Positions 45,689 to 55,185 of a stretch of DNA of 64,000 nt are shown here, in pieces. Position numbers and translations under genes: made by a program. The stretch covers positions 18,939-82,938 of the forward strand of contig JBBCJV010000017.1 in the NCBI GenBank assembly GCA_037190565.1, written 5' to 3'. A model generated the notes under the pieces. It was not told the DNA's origin, made no database searches, and was given only the letters and a program-made list of their open reading frames with translations. Source of the stretch: Burkholderiaceae bacterium (lineage in GTDB: Bacteria > Pseudomonadota > Gammaproteobacteria > Burkholderiales > Burkholderiaceae_C). Numbering within the stretch: position 1 is the stretch's first letter; the number at the start of each line of letters is the position of its first letter.

Positions 45689-47800
45689 TCAGATCGCCAG
45701 CGGGTCCACGTCCACGGCCCAGCGCAGCAAACCCTTGTGCTGTGCCCGCAGGCCGTGCAGCGCCGGCAGCCAGCCGGCCAGCAGCGCCTGCAGGCCGCGG
45801 CGTGACGGGCTTTCCAGCAGCATCTGCATGCGCTCCACCCCGGCCACGCGCGACACCGGCGGCGGCACCGGCGGGTAGACGGTGATGCCGGCGCTGATGC
45901 CTGTGCCCAGACCGCCCGCCTCGCCATCCACCAGCGCCGCCGCCGCCTGAAGAAAGGCGGCGGCCACCTCGGCTTCCCGCGCCTCGGCACGCACCAGCGC
46001 CAACGCGGCAAACGGCGGCAAGCCGGCCTGGCGGCGTTCTTCCAGCTGCGCCGCCGCAAACGCCGGGTAGTCGTGGGCGCGCAGCGCGGCAAACAGGGCG
46101 TGGCGCGGATGGTGGGTCTGCACCCACATCTCGCTGGCCGCGGCCTGGGCGGCGTCGCGCCCGGCACGGCCGGCGGCCTGCATCAACAAGGCGAACAGGC
46201 GTTCGGGGCCGCGGAAGTCGCTGCTGAACAGCGCGGCGTCGGGGTTCACCGCGGCCACCAGCGTGACGCGGCGGAAGTCGTGGCCCTTGGCCAGCATCTG
46301 CGTGCCCACCAGCACGTCCACGTCGCCAGCGTGCACGGCACCCAGTTGCTGCTCCAGCATGCCGGCGCCGCGCGTGGTGTCGGCGTCCAGCCGCGCGATG
46401 CGGGCGCTGGGCAGCAGCTGGGTCAGCTGCTCCTGCAGCTTTTCGGTGCCGCGCCCCACGGGGGCGATGTCCAGGTTGCCGCAGTCCGGGCAGGCGCGCG
46501 GCACCCGCTCGCTCAGGCCGCAGTGGTGGCAGCGCAGCGTGCGGTCGGCCTTGTGGAACACGCGCCAGGCGCTGCAATGCGGGCAGCCGCTTTGCCAGCC
46601 GCAGGCACTGCAGTGCAGCACCGGGGCGTAGCCGCGGCGGTTGAGCAGCAGCAGGCTTTGTTCGCCGCGCGCCAGGCGCTGCTGCATGGCGTCCAGCAGC
46701 GCCGGGGCCAGCGCGCGCTCGTGGCCGGCCGGCGGGCGCGGCAGGGCCGACATGTCCACGATGCGCACGCGCGGCATGGCGCCGCCGCCTATGCGCTCTT
46801 GCATGTCCACCCGCTGGTAGCGGCCCTGCAGCGCACGCTGCCAGCTTTCCAGCGAAGGCGTGGCACTGCCCAGCAGCACCGGCACGCCGCGCTGCGTGGC
46901 ACGCCAGACGGCCAGGTCGCGCGCCGAGTAGCGGGCGCCTTCCTGCTGCTTGAAGCTGGCGTCGTGTTCTTCATCCACCACGATCAGCGCCAGCCGCGGC
47001 AGCGGCGTGAACACGGCCAGACGGGTGCCCAGCACCAGGTCGGCGCGCCCGGCATGGGCCAGCAGCCAGTGGCGCAGCCGCTGCGCCGGCGTGAGCGCGC
47101 TGTGCAGGCTGACCAGGCTGTGCTGCGGGAAGCGCGCCGCGAAGCGGGCTTCCAGCTGCGGCGTGAGGTTGATCTCCGGCACCAGCACCAGCACCTGGCC
47201 GCCGGCGGCCAGCGCCTGCTGGGCGGCCCGCAGGTAGACCTCGGTCTTGCCGCTGCCGGTGGCACCGAACAGCAGCACCGGCTGGCGGGTGGCGGCCATC
47301 GCCTGCAAGGCCGCGGCCTGGCCGGCGCTGGGTTCGGGGGCAAGCTCGGTGGCGGGCGAAGCCGCGCCGGCAGCCGCGGCGGCAGCCGCGGCGGCGGGCA
47401 GGGAGGGCCGCGCCAGCTTGGCCCGGCGGCGCGCCAGCTGGGTGTTGTCCAGGCGCCGCAGCTCCGGCGGCAGCACCGCCAGCGCCAGCTCGCCCACGCC
47501 GCGCTGGTAGTAGCCGGCGGCAAACTCCACCAGCGCGCGCCAGTCGGCCGGCAGCGGCGGCAAGGCGCCCAGCACCGCGCTCACCGGCCGCAGCTCGGCC
47601 GGCGGCTCGGCGGCCTGCATCGGGCGGTCCCACACCAGGCCAGGCACTTCGCGGCGGCCCAGCGGCACCCGCAGCAGCGTGCCGGCCGGCAGGTCGTGCG
47701 CAGCGCGGTAGTCCAGCAGGCCGCCGACGGCGCTGTGCCGCGGTGTCTCCACCGCCACCGTCACGCGCACGCCTTCAGCCGGGGTCTGCTCCTGTGACAT
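45689..47800 (-). CDS. priA: Primosomal replication-restart helicase PriA
   Basis: 703 aa. Walker A GATGSGKTEVY, DEEHD, and the Cys-rich zinc-binding insert CSACGWQSGCPHCSAWRVFH...CHHCG...CPDCG. Confidence 0.92.
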   Translation of the reverse strand: MSQEQTPAEGVRVTVAVETPRHSAVGGLLDYRAAHDLPAGTLLRVPLGRREVPGLVWDRPMQAAEPPAELRPVSAVLGALPPLPADWRALVEFAAGYYQRGVGELALAVLPPELRRLDNTQLARRRAKLARPSLPAAAAAAAAAGAASPATELAPEPSAGQAAALQAMAATRQPVLLFGATGSGKTEVYLRAAQQALAAGGQVLVLVPEINLTPQLEARFAARFPQHSLVSLHSALTPAQRLRHWLLAHAGRADLVLGTRLAVFTPLPRLALIVVDEEHDASFKQQEGARYSARDLAVWRATQRGVPVLLGSATPSLESWQRALQGRYQRVDMQERIGGGAMPRVRIVDMSALPRPPAGHERALAPALLDAMQQRLARGEQSLLLLNRRGYAPVLHCSACGWQSGCPHCSAWRVFHKADRTLRCHHCGLSERVPRACPDCGNLDIAPVGRGTEKLQEQLTQLLPSARIARLDADTTRGAGMLEQQLGAVHAGDVDVLVGTQMLAKGHDFRRVTLVAAVNPDAALFSSDFRGPERLFALLMQAAGRAGRDAAQAAASEMWVQTHHPRHALFAALRAHDYPAFAAAQLEERRQAGLPPFAALALVRAEAREAEVAAAFLQAAAALVDGEAGGLGTGISAGITVYPPVPPPVSRVAGVERMQMLLESPSRRGLQALLAGWLPALHGLRAQHKGLLRWAVDVDPLAI

Positions 47801-47880
47801 ACCGCACGTTGCGCAGGCGCTACCTCAAGAACAAGGCGTAAACCAATGATTCACAACGAGTTTTCGCCTTGAGCCGATTT

Positions 47881-47889
47881 TGTGGATAA
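47881..47889 (-). promoter_or_regulatory. Perfect DnaA-box consensus (TTATCCACA on the minus strand) in the hemE-priA intergenic region
   Basis: tgtggataa, read directly. One-mismatch boxes occur at 48070-48078 (tggggataa) and 47847-47855 (tgattcaca, opposite orientation). Confidence 0.35.
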
Positions 47890-48130
47890 CTTTGTGCGTA
47901 AGCTGCGTGCCGCGGCGCCAAGTGCTTGATTCTGCGCGTGCAGCCGCGTCGAACCGCCGCGCGGCGTGCTTCTGAAAATTCAGTCAAATCAACAACTTGG
48001 CACGATATGACAGGACATCCAGCGGGGTCGTTCCAGGCCGCCGAAGCCGCTGCGCCGCAGCACGGTTTTTGGGGATAAGTCAAGCCCTGAGCGCTCACTC
48101 ACCCGCATCGTGTACGGCTGCGCCACTGCC

Positions 48131-49285
48131 TCAGCTGCTGCGTCGCAACAGCCGCGAGTGGCTGTGCACCGCCTCCACCAGCGCCGCCACATGCTCCGGC
48201 GGCGTGAACTGGCTGATGCCGTGGCCCAGGTTGAAGACGTGCCCGTCCCAGCCGCCGTCGGCGCGCTGCGGCGGGCCGAAGCTGTCCAGCACCGCCCGGG
48301 CCTCGCGCGCCACGGCCTCGGGCGGCGCAAACAGCACGTTGGGGTCCAGATTGCCTTGCAGCGCCACCCGGTTGCCGAAGGCGGCGCGGGCGCGGGCCAA
48401 GTTCACGGTCCAGTCCACGCCCACCACGTCGGCGCCTGTGCCGGCGATCTGCTCCAGCCAGGGTGCGCCGCCCTTGGTGAAGACGATGACCGGCACACGC
48501 CGGCCTTCGGCTTCGCGCCGCAGGCCGGCCACCACCTGCGCCGTGAACGCCAGGCTGAAACGCTGGAAGGTGCCGTCGGCCAGCACCCCGCCCCAGGAGT
48601 CGAACAGCATCACGGCCTGGGCGCCGGCGTCTATCTGGGCGTTCAGGTAGGCCGTCACCGCCTGGGTGTTGACGGCCAGGATGCGCTCCAGCAGGTCGGG
48701 CCGCGCATACAGCATGGACTTCACCAGGCGGTAGTCGTCGGAGCCGGCGCCTTCCACCATGTAGCAGGCCAGCGTCCAGGGGCTGCCGGAAAAGCCAATC
48801 AGCGGCACACGCCCGGCCGCGCGGCCCTGGGCGTCGGTGGTGGTCAAGGCCCGGCGTATGGAGGCCACCGCGTCGAACACGTAGCGCAGGCGGTCCAGGT
48901 CGGGCACGCGCAGCGCGGCCACGGCCGCTTCGTCGCGCACCGGGCGCTCGAAGCGCGGGCCCTCGCCGGCGGCAAAGCTCAGGCCCAGGCCCATGGCGTC
49001 GGGCACGGTGAGGATGTCGGAAAACAGGATGGCCGCGTCCAGCGGGTAACGCTCCAGCGGCTGCAGCGTCACTTCGGTGGCGTAGGCCGGGCTGGTGGCC
49101 AGGCCCATGAAGCTGCCGGCCTTTTCGCGCGTGGCGCGGTACTCGGGCAGGTAGCGGCCGGCCTGGCGCATCAGCCACAGGGGCGTGTGCGGCGTGCTCT
49201 GGCGCAGGCAGGCGCGCAGGAAACAGTCGTTGACCAGGGCGGGCGGGGCAGCCGCCGGCGCGGCCGATGAAACATTGGAAGACAT
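48131..49285 (-). CDS. hemE: Uroporphyrinogen decarboxylase
   Basis: 384 aa, [32 protein letters not shown] (the HemE N-terminal signature). Confidence 0.92.
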   Translation of the reverse strand: MSSNVSSAAPAAAPPALVNDCFLRACLRQSTPHTPLWLMRQAGRYLPEYRATREKAGSFMGLATSPAYATEVTLQPLERYPLDAAILFSDILTVPDAMGLGLSFAAGEGPRFERPVRDEAAVAALRVPDLDRLRYVFDAVASIRRALTTTDAQGRAAGRVPLIGFSGSPWTLACYMVEGAGSDDYRLVKSMLYARPDLLERILAVNTQAVTAYLNAQIDAGAQAVMLFDSWGGVLADGTFQRFSLAFTAQVVAGLRREAEGRRVPVIVFTKGGAPWLEQIAGTGADVVGVDWTVNLARARAAFGNRVALQGNLDPNVLFAPPEAVAREARAVLDSFGPPQRADGGWDGHVFNLGHGISQFTPPEHVAALVEAVHSHSRLLRRSS

Positions 49286-49319
49286 CAGGGCGGATTATCG
49301 CGGCCGGCCTCGGCCTCGC

Positions 49320-50105
49320 TCACGCCCCACCACCATGCAGCCAGCGCGTGAGCAAGGCCTGGCCGTCCACCCCCGGTTGGGCGAAGGACCACAAGGTGTC
49401 CGGCGCCAGCACGCGGGTGCCCGGCGGCGCAGCAGGCAGCGCCTGCGCCAGCGCCACCACCCAGCGCGCCAGCAGCGCCGCGCGCAGCGGCTGCTCACGC
49501 TGCGGCACCATCAGGCGCAGCTGGCGCAACCAGGCGTCGGCCACGCGCTGCAGCCACGAGCGGCTGGCCGCCGCCGGCCCGCCGACCTGCGCGGCGCGCA
49601 CAAACACCACGTGCTCAAAACCCAGCCCGGCCACCGCCGCTTCGTCCAGCGAGGCCAGCCCCAGGCGCAAGGCGCCGGGCAGCAGCCAGGGCGTGTGCGG
49701 CAGCACCACCAGCAGCGCGCGCACACCACCGCGGTGCAAGGCCGCGGCCAGCGCCGGCAGGTCACGCGGCTGAGGCTGCACAAAGGCCTCGTCGCGCCGG
49801 TTGCTGTGGCGCAGCCGCTCGAACACCAGCACCGCGATGTCGGCCTGCAGGGGCTCGCCGCTGCGCTGCGCCGCATCCAGCGCCGACTGCGCCAGCGGTT
49901 CGAAGCTCCGCAGCGCCGAGGCCAGCGGCTGCGCAACCAGCGCCTGCACACGCGCAAAACGGCCGGCCGGCAGGGCGTGCTCCAGCACCGCCGAGCCCAG
50001 CATGCCGCCGCCGCCCAGCACCAGCAGGCGGGGCCTGGTGCCGGCAGCCGCGGGCGGCGCCGCCCGCCAGGCGCCGCGCAAAGCCTGTTGCACCCCGTTG
50101 CTCAT
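49320..50105 (-). CDS. NAD(P)-binding Rossmann-fold protein (hypothetical oxidoreductase/epimerase-like)
   Basis: LLVLGGGGMLGSAVLE glycine-rich dinucleotide-binding motif. The start is uncertain (50105, 50150 or 50228). Confidence 0.5.
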   Translation of the reverse strand: MSNGVQQALRGAWRAAPPAAAGTRPRLLVLGGGGMLGSAVLEHALPAGRFARVQALVAQPLASALRSFEPLAQSALDAAQRSGEPLQADIAVLVFERLRHSNRRDEAFVQPQPRDLPALAAALHRGGVRALLVVLPHTPWLLPGALRLGLASLDEAAVAGLGFEHVVFVRAAQVGGPAAASRSWLQRVADAWLRQLRLMVPQREQPLRAALLARWVVALAQALPAAPPGTRVLAPDTLWSFAQPGVDGQALLTRWLHGGGA

Positions 50106-50245
50106 CGCGCCCGCCGCTGCCCTGTCAAGACCTTGAACCACGATTGTCATGCCCCATGTGGGGCTCGCAAGCGGGCGTGCCGCGGGTAGCATGCGCGCCG
50201 CCTGCGCCACCACACCGCCGCAGCCCACCCGAGGAGGACCTGGCC

Positions 50246-50893
50246 ATGAACACCAACACCCGCTGGAACGTCACCCGCTGGAGCACCCGCATCGCCGCGC
50301 TGGGCCTGGCCCTGCTGCTGGCCGGCTGCGGCTACAACGACTTCCAGCGCCTGGACGAAGAGGTCAAGGCCGGCTGGTCCGAGGTGCTGAACCAGTACCA
50401 GCGCCGCGCCGACCTCATCCCCAACATCGTGGCGACGGTGCGCGGCGAGGCCGACTTCGAGCAGGAAACGCTGACGCGGGTGATAGAAGCCCGCTCGCGC
50501 GCCACCTCCATACAGGCCACGCCGGAGCTGATCAACAACCCGCAGGCCTTCAACCAGTTCCAGCAGGCCCAGGGCGAACTCTCCAGCGCCTTGTCGCGCC
50601 TGATGGTGGTGGTGGAGCAGTACCCGCAGCTGCGCGCCAACCAGGCCTTCCAGGACCTGCGCGTGCAGCTGGAAGGCACCGAAAACCGCATCACCGTGGC
50701 GCGCAACCGCTACATACAGACGGTGCAGCAGTACAACGTGCTGGCGCGCCAGTTCCCCAGCAACCTGACGGCCATGGTCTTGGGCTACGAGGTCAAGCCC
50801 AGCTTCACCGTGACCAACGAAGGCGCCATCGCAGCGCCGCCTGCCGTCAACTTCGAGCGCCCGGCAGCGCCCGCGTTGCCAGCGTCGCGTTAA
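50246..50893 (+). CDS. lemA: LemA-family lipoprotein
   Basis: Lipobox LLLAGC, then YNDFQRLDEEVKAGWSEVLNQYQRRADLIPNIV...RNRYIQTVQQYN, typical of LemA. Confidence 0.88.
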   Translation: MNTNTRWNVTRWSTRIAALGLALLLAGCGYNDFQRLDEEVKAGWSEVLNQYQRRADLIPNIVATVRGEADFEQETLTRVIEARSRATSIQATPELINNPQAFNQFQQAQGELSSALSRLMVVVEQYPQLRANQAFQDLRVQLEGTENRITVARNRYIQTVQQYNVLARQFPSNLTAMVLGYEVKPSFTVTNEGAIAAPPAVNFERPAAPALPASR

Positions 50894-50911
50894 GACGCGG
50901 CGCGGCCCGGC

Positions 50912-51859
50912 GTGATGATGCGCACGCTGCTGCTGACGCTGGCGCTGCTGCTGGCAGCGCTGGGCGTGCAGGCGCAGGGCGTGCAGCCGGTGCCGGCGCT
51001 CAGTGGCCGCGTCATCGACCAGACGGGCACGCTGTCCGACGTTGAACGCCAGGGCCTGGACGCCAAGCTGGCCGCCTTCGAGGCCGAGGCCGGGCCGCAG
51101 ATCGTGCTGCTGCTGGTGCCCACCACGGCGCCGGAAGACATCGCCGCCTATGCACAGCGCGTGGCCGACGAGTGGAAGATCGGCCGCCGCGAAGTGGGCG
51201 ACGGCGTGGTGCTGCTGGTGGCCAAGAACGACCGGCGTGTGCGCATAGAAGTGGCCAAGGCGCTGGAAGGCGCCATCCCCGACCTGGCGGCGCGGCAGAT
51301 CATCGACCGCCACATCACCCCGGCGTTTCGCGAAGACGCCTACGCGCGCGGGCTGGGCGCCGCAGTGGATGCGCTGATCGCCCGCATACGTGGCGAAGAC
51401 CTGCCGGCGCCGCAGCGCGGCCGTGCGCAAGGCGGTGGCGAACGCGACCTGGGGTTCTGGCTGGGCTTCTTCTTTTTCGGCGTCATCCTGGTCAGCAGCC
51501 TGCTCACCGCCTTGCTGGGCCGCAAGCTGGGCGCCCTGCTCACCGGCGGTGCGGCCGGCGGCGCCGCCTGGTGGATCAGCGCCAGCGTGCTGGTGGGCCT
51601 GGGCGCCGGCCTGGCGGCGCTGCTGCTGGTGGGCCTGTTCGGCATAGGCGCTGCGGTGCGCAGCGCCGGCGGCGGGCGGTCGCTGCCGCACATAGGCGGC
51701 TGGGGCGGTGGTTACGGCAGCGGCGGCGGCTGGGCCGGCGGCGGCCGCCATGGCGGCTGGGGGGGCGGGGGTGGTGGCGGGTTTGGCGGCGGCGGCGGGG
51801 GTTTTCGCTCCGGCGGCGGCGGCAACTTCGGCGGCGGCGGCGCCTCCGGCGGCTGGTGA
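50912..51859 (+). CDS. TPM-domain (YgcG-like) protein with a TM segment and a glycine-rich C-terminal tail
   Basis: Signal peptide. TPM motifs (RVIDQTGTLSDVERQGLDAKL...QIVLLLVPTT...GVVLLVAKNDRRVRIEV). TM helices. The tail is GGWGGGYGSGGGW...GGGGNFGGGGASGGW. Confidence 0.8.
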   Translation: MMMRTLLLTLALLLAALGVQAQGVQPVPALSGRVIDQTGTLSDVERQGLDAKLAAFEAEAGPQIVLLLVPTTAPEDIAAYAQRVADEWKIGRREVGDGVVLLVAKNDRRVRIEVAKALEGAIPDLAARQIIDRHITPAFREDAYARGLGAAVDALIARIRGEDLPAPQRGRAQGGGERDLGFWLGFFFFGVILVSSLLTALLGRKLGALLTGGAAGGAAWWISASVLVGLGAGLAALLLVGLFGIGAAVRSAGGGRSLPHIGGWGGGYGSGGGWAGGGRHGGWGGGGGGGFGGGGGGFRSGGGGNFGGGGASGGW

Positions 51860-51861
51860 GC

Positions 51862-52371
51862 ATGGGCATGCAGCTGCTGCGGCTGTTCAAGCACCGCTGG
51901 TGGGACGAACGCGACGCCGCGCGTGCGCTGGGCAGCGAAGCCCTGCAGCGTCTGGAGGCCCGCGTCGCCGCCAGCGAGGCACGCCATGGCGGCGAGATTC
52001 GCCTGTGCGTGGAGGCCTCGCTGCCGCTGTCCTACCTGTGGCGCGACGCACCGCCGCGTGAACGTGCACTGGCGCTGTTCGGCAAGCTGCGCGTGTGGGA
52101 CACCGAGGCCAACAACGGCGTGCTGATCTACCTGCTGCTGGCCGAGCGCGACATAGAGATCGTGGCCGACCGCGGCCTGGCACGCCAGGTGCCGCAGGCG
52201 CACTGGGACAAGTTGCTGGCGCACATGCGCGAACACTTCCGCGCCGGGCGCTGGGAGCAAGGCCTGGCGCAAGCCGTGGACGAGGTGGACGCGCTGCTGG
52301 CGCAGCACTTCCCGCTCGCCCAGGGCAGCACCAAGACCGACGAACTGCCCAACCGCGTCGAACTGCGCTGA
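51862..52371 (+). CDS. TPM-domain protein (second member of the LemA-TPM-TPM triad)
   Basis: 169 aa, ...HGGEIRLCVEASL...NNGVLIYLLLAERDIEIVADRG... It starts 3 nt after the upstream stop. Confidence 0.75.
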   Translation: MGMQLLRLFKHRWWDERDAARALGSEALQRLEARVAASEARHGGEIRLCVEASLPLSYLWRDAPPRERALALFGKLRVWDTEANNGVLIYLLLAERDIEIVADRGLARQVPQAHWDKLLAHMREHFRAGRWEQGLAQAVDEVDALLAQHFPLAQGSTKTDELPNRVELR

Positions 52372-52426
52372 GGCGCAACGGCGGCGGCCAGCCGCCTGCC
52401 GCGCGCCTTGCGCGGCCCGGTGGAAA

Positions 52427-52450
52427 CCCACCCCGGGAAGCAGGGGTGGG
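52427..52450 (+). terminator. 8-bp-stem hairpin CCCACCCC-N8-GGGGTGGG after the LemA-TPM operon (no clear U-tract)
   Basis: Read directly. Confidence 0.3.
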
Positions 52451-52521
52451 CGTCAGCGAGCTAGGGATGGCTGCCGGTGAACCGGCCCCGCCACACTGCC
52501 TGCACCTTTGGAGGGATAGCC

Positions 52522-53337
52522 ATGAAACAACGGCGTGTTGCGGCCACCGTGCTGGCCCTGGGCGCTTGGACTCTGTCGTGTGCCGTGCAGGCCGAACCGA
52601 TCACGGTGGACTTTGCCGGCTACTTCCTCGACAACATAGGCAGCAACACGCTGGAGGTGGCGGGCGGGGGCGACCCCAACGGCCGGCCCACGGTGCTGTT
52701 CATAGGCCACACCACGCCGGGCCCGGCCGCCGGCACCATGGCCGCGGCCTTCCAGAATGGCGCGCTGGTGGGCGGCCTGGCCACCACGCCCAACACCACC
52801 GGCACGCTGGACTGGGCCCGGCGTGTGCAGTTCCCCGGCCCGGGCCACGTGACGCCGCTGACGGTGGCTTTTGTCAACGGCACCGACTCTGCCGCCGTGG
52901 TCACCCGCGACCTCACCGGCCTGACGCAGATGCCGCTGGTCACCGGCCTGGCGCTGGACGCCAGCGCCGACGCCTTCCGCCCCACGCTCAGCTGGGCGCT
53001 GCCTGCCAACGCCGGCGACATCGACTTCGTCAGTCTGGTCTTCTACAGCAACGTCAGCAACGCCGAGATCGGCACACGCGTGACCCTGCCCGCCACCGCC
53101 ACCTCGTTTGCGTTCGGCAGTGCGCTGCCGGCCGGGCTGGACCTGACCATCAATGTGCGGCTGGTCGATCTGTACAACGACGCACTGCCCTTCACCACCG
53201 ACAACATCCAGCGCATGTCGCGCAGCTACATCAACTACACGGTGCCGGTGCCCGAACCCGCCACCTGGGCGACGCTGGCGCTGGGCCTGGGCCTGGGGCT
53301 GGTGGGCGGCGTGGCCGCGCGGCGCCGCACGGCCTGA
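52522..53337 (+). CDS. Secreted protein with a PEP-CTERM sorting signal
   Basis: Signal peptide MKQRRVAATVLALGAWTLSCAVQA. The C-terminus VPVPEPATWATLALGLGLGLVGGVAARRRTA has the PEP motif, a TM helix and an Arg cluster. RBS ggaggga lies before the ATG at 52522. Confidence 0.7.
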   Translation: MKQRRVAATVLALGAWTLSCAVQAEPITVDFAGYFLDNIGSNTLEVAGGGDPNGRPTVLFIGHTTPGPAAGTMAAAFQNGALVGGLATTPNTTGTLDWARRVQFPGPGHVTPLTVAFVNGTDSAAVVTRDLTGLTQMPLVTGLALDASADAFRPTLSWALPANAGDIDFVSLVFYSNVSNAEIGTRVTLPATATSFAFGSALPAGLDLTINVRLVDLYNDALPFTTDNIQRMSRSYINYTVPVPEPATWATLALGLGLGLVGGVAARRRTA

Positions 53338-53375
53338 GCCCGCACGCCAGCAGCTCGCCGACACCCCCGCAGGCC

Positions 53376-53398
53376 GCCTGCGCCGCTGAGGCGCAGGC
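53376..53398 (+). terminator. 9-bp perfect-stem hairpin GCCTGCGCC-gctga-GGCGCAGGC after the PEP-CTERM gene
   Basis: Read directly. No U-tract. Confidence 0.3.
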
Positions 53399-53448
53399 TC
53401 TAGCGCAGGCCCTAGACTTGGCAGCTCCACACCCCGCGGGAAGCTGCC

Positions 53449-53748
53449 GTGATCCTGGAAGTTGCCGACATACGCATCGCCCCCGGCCAGCAGGCCGCCT
53501 TTGAAAACGCACTGCACCGCGGCGTGGCCGAGGTCGTCAGCACCGCCCAGGGCTACCAGAGCTTTGAGCTGCGACGCGGCATGGAAAGCCCCGAGCGCTA
53601 CCTGCTGCTGATTCGCTGGCAAACGCTGGAAGACCACACCGTGCACTTCCGCGGCGGGCCGCTGTTTGCACAGTGGCGCGCCATCGTGGGCCCGTTCTTC
53701 GCCTCGCCGCCGCACGTGGAGCACTTCGAGCTGGCGGTGGCGCCGTGA
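53449..53748 (+). CDS. Antibiotic-biosynthesis-monooxygenase (ABM) domain protein
   Basis: 99 aa, a ferredoxin-like dimeric alpha+beta barrel pattern (ILEVADIRIAPGQQAAFENAL...YLLLIRWQTLEDHTVHFRGG). GTG start. Confidence 0.7.
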   Translation: MILEVADIRIAPGQQAAFENALHRGVAEVVSTAQGYQSFELRRGMESPERYLLLIRWQTLEDHTVHFRGGPLFAQWRAIVGPFFASPPHVEHFELAVAP

Positions 53749-55148
53749 GCGGCCGCGAGGCCGCGCTGGCCGCGGCGCGCGAACACTTCGACGGCGGCGC
53801 CTTCGTGCGCGACCTGGCGCGCCGCGTCGCGATACGCACCGAAAGCCAGAACCCCGAAGGCGCGCCGGCGCTGCAAGCCTACCTGGCCGACGAACTGGTG
53901 CCCAGCCTGGCCGCACTGGGTTTCAGCGCCACGCTGCACGCCAACCCGCAGGCCGGCTTCGGCCCGTTCCTGATCGCGCACCGCCACGAAGGCGACGCGC
54001 TGCCCACGGTGCTGATGTACGGCCACGGCGACGTGGTGCGCGGCCAGGACGAGCGCTGGACCCGCGGCCAAGGCCCGTGGACGCTGGCCGCCGACGGCGA
54101 CCGCCTGTACGGCCGCGGCACCGCCGACAACAAGGGCCAGCACAGCATCAACATCGCCGCGCTGGCGCAGGTGCTGGCGGCGCGCGGCGGCCGCCTGGGC
54201 TTCAACGTCACCTGGCTGGTGGAAACCGGCGAGGAGACCGGCTCGCCGGGCCTGGCCGAGTTCTGCGCCGCGCAGCGCGAAGCGCTGGCCGCCGACGTGC
54301 TGATCGCCAGCGACGGCCCGCGCATGGCGCGCGAGCGGCCCACAGTGTTCTTGGGCTCGCGCGGTGTCGTCAACTTCGACCTCAGCCTCACGCTGCGCGA
54401 AGGCGCGCACCACAGCGGCAACTGGGGCGGCCTGTTGCGCAACCCGGGCACCGTGCTGGCGAACGCCATCGCCTGCCTGGTGGACGGGCGCGGCGTCATC
54501 CAGGTGCCGGCTTTGCGCCCACCGGCCATACCGGCCAATGTGCGTGCCGCGCTGCAAGGCCTGGTGTTCGGCGGCGACGCCGGCGACCCGGCGGTGGATG
54601 CCGACTGGGGCGAGCCCGGGCTGACGCCTGCCGAACGTGTCATCGCCTGGAACACGCTGGAGGTGCTGGCCATGGTCACCGGCAACCCGCAGCACCCGGT
54701 GAACGCCATCCCGCCCACGGCCCGCGCCACCCTGCACATGCGCTTCGTGGTGGGCACCGATGTCTCGCGTGTGCGCGAGCTGGTGCAGGCCCACCTGGCG
54801 GCGCACGGTTTCGTCGACGTCCAGGTGGGCGAGCCCATGGTGATGAACGCCACCCGCCTGGACCCGGACAACGCCTGGGTGCACTTCACGCTGGCTTCGC
54901 TGCAGCACACCAGCGGCAAGACCCCGGTGCTGCTGCCCAACCTGGGCGGCAGCCTGCCCAACGACGTGTTCGCCGACATCCTGGGCCTGCCCACCGTGTG
55001 GGTGCCGCACAGCTACGCCGCCTGCAGTCAGCACGCGCCCGACGAACACCTGCTGGCCCCGGTGGCACGCGAGGCGCTGCAACTGATGACCGGGCTGTTC
55101 TGGGACCTGGGCGAGCAGGCCTCAACCCTGCCGCGGCGCGGGCACTGA
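53745..55148 (+). CDS. M20-family metallopeptidase / dipeptidase
   Basis: The GTG at 53745 overlaps the ABM stop (GTGA). Motifs YGHGDVV, LYGRGTADNKGQ and VETGEETGSPG are typical M20 metal-binding and catalytic motifs. Confidence 0.85.
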   Translation: MSGREAALAAAREHFDGGAFVRDLARRVAIRTESQNPEGAPALQAYLADELVPSLAALGFSATLHANPQAGFGPFLIAHRHEGDALPTVLMYGHGDVVRGQDERWTRGQGPWTLAADGDRLYGRGTADNKGQHSINIAALAQVLAARGGRLGFNVTWLVETGEETGSPGLAEFCAAQREALAADVLIASDGPRMARERPTVFLGSRGVVNFDLSLTLREGAHHSGNWGGLLRNPGTVLANAIACLVDGRGVIQVPALRPPAIPANVRAALQGLVFGGDAGDPAVDADWGEPGLTPAERVIAWNTLEVLAMVTGNPQHPVNAIPPTARATLHMRFVVGTDVSRVRELVQAHLAAHGFVDVQVGEPMVMNATRLDPDNAWVHFTLASLQHTSGKTPVLLPNLGGSLPNDVFADILGLPTVWVPHSYAACSQHAPDEHLLAPVAREALQLMTGLFWDLGEQASTLPRRGH

Positions 55149-55185
55149 GCGCGCTGCATCATCGGCACCACCAATCAGCAACACC

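Noticed and set aside
47999-48014. TGGCACGATATGACA, a sigma-54-like -24 element in the hemE-priA spacer.
   Set aside because: There is no GC dinucleotide at the -12 position, and no plus-strand gene lies downstream.
51700-51860. (GGC)n-rich repeats here and at 63920-64000, considered as a possible CRISPR or VNTR.
   Set aside because: Both are in-frame glycine tracts of protein tails (the TPM protein and the S8 peptidase). There is no repeat-spacer architecture.
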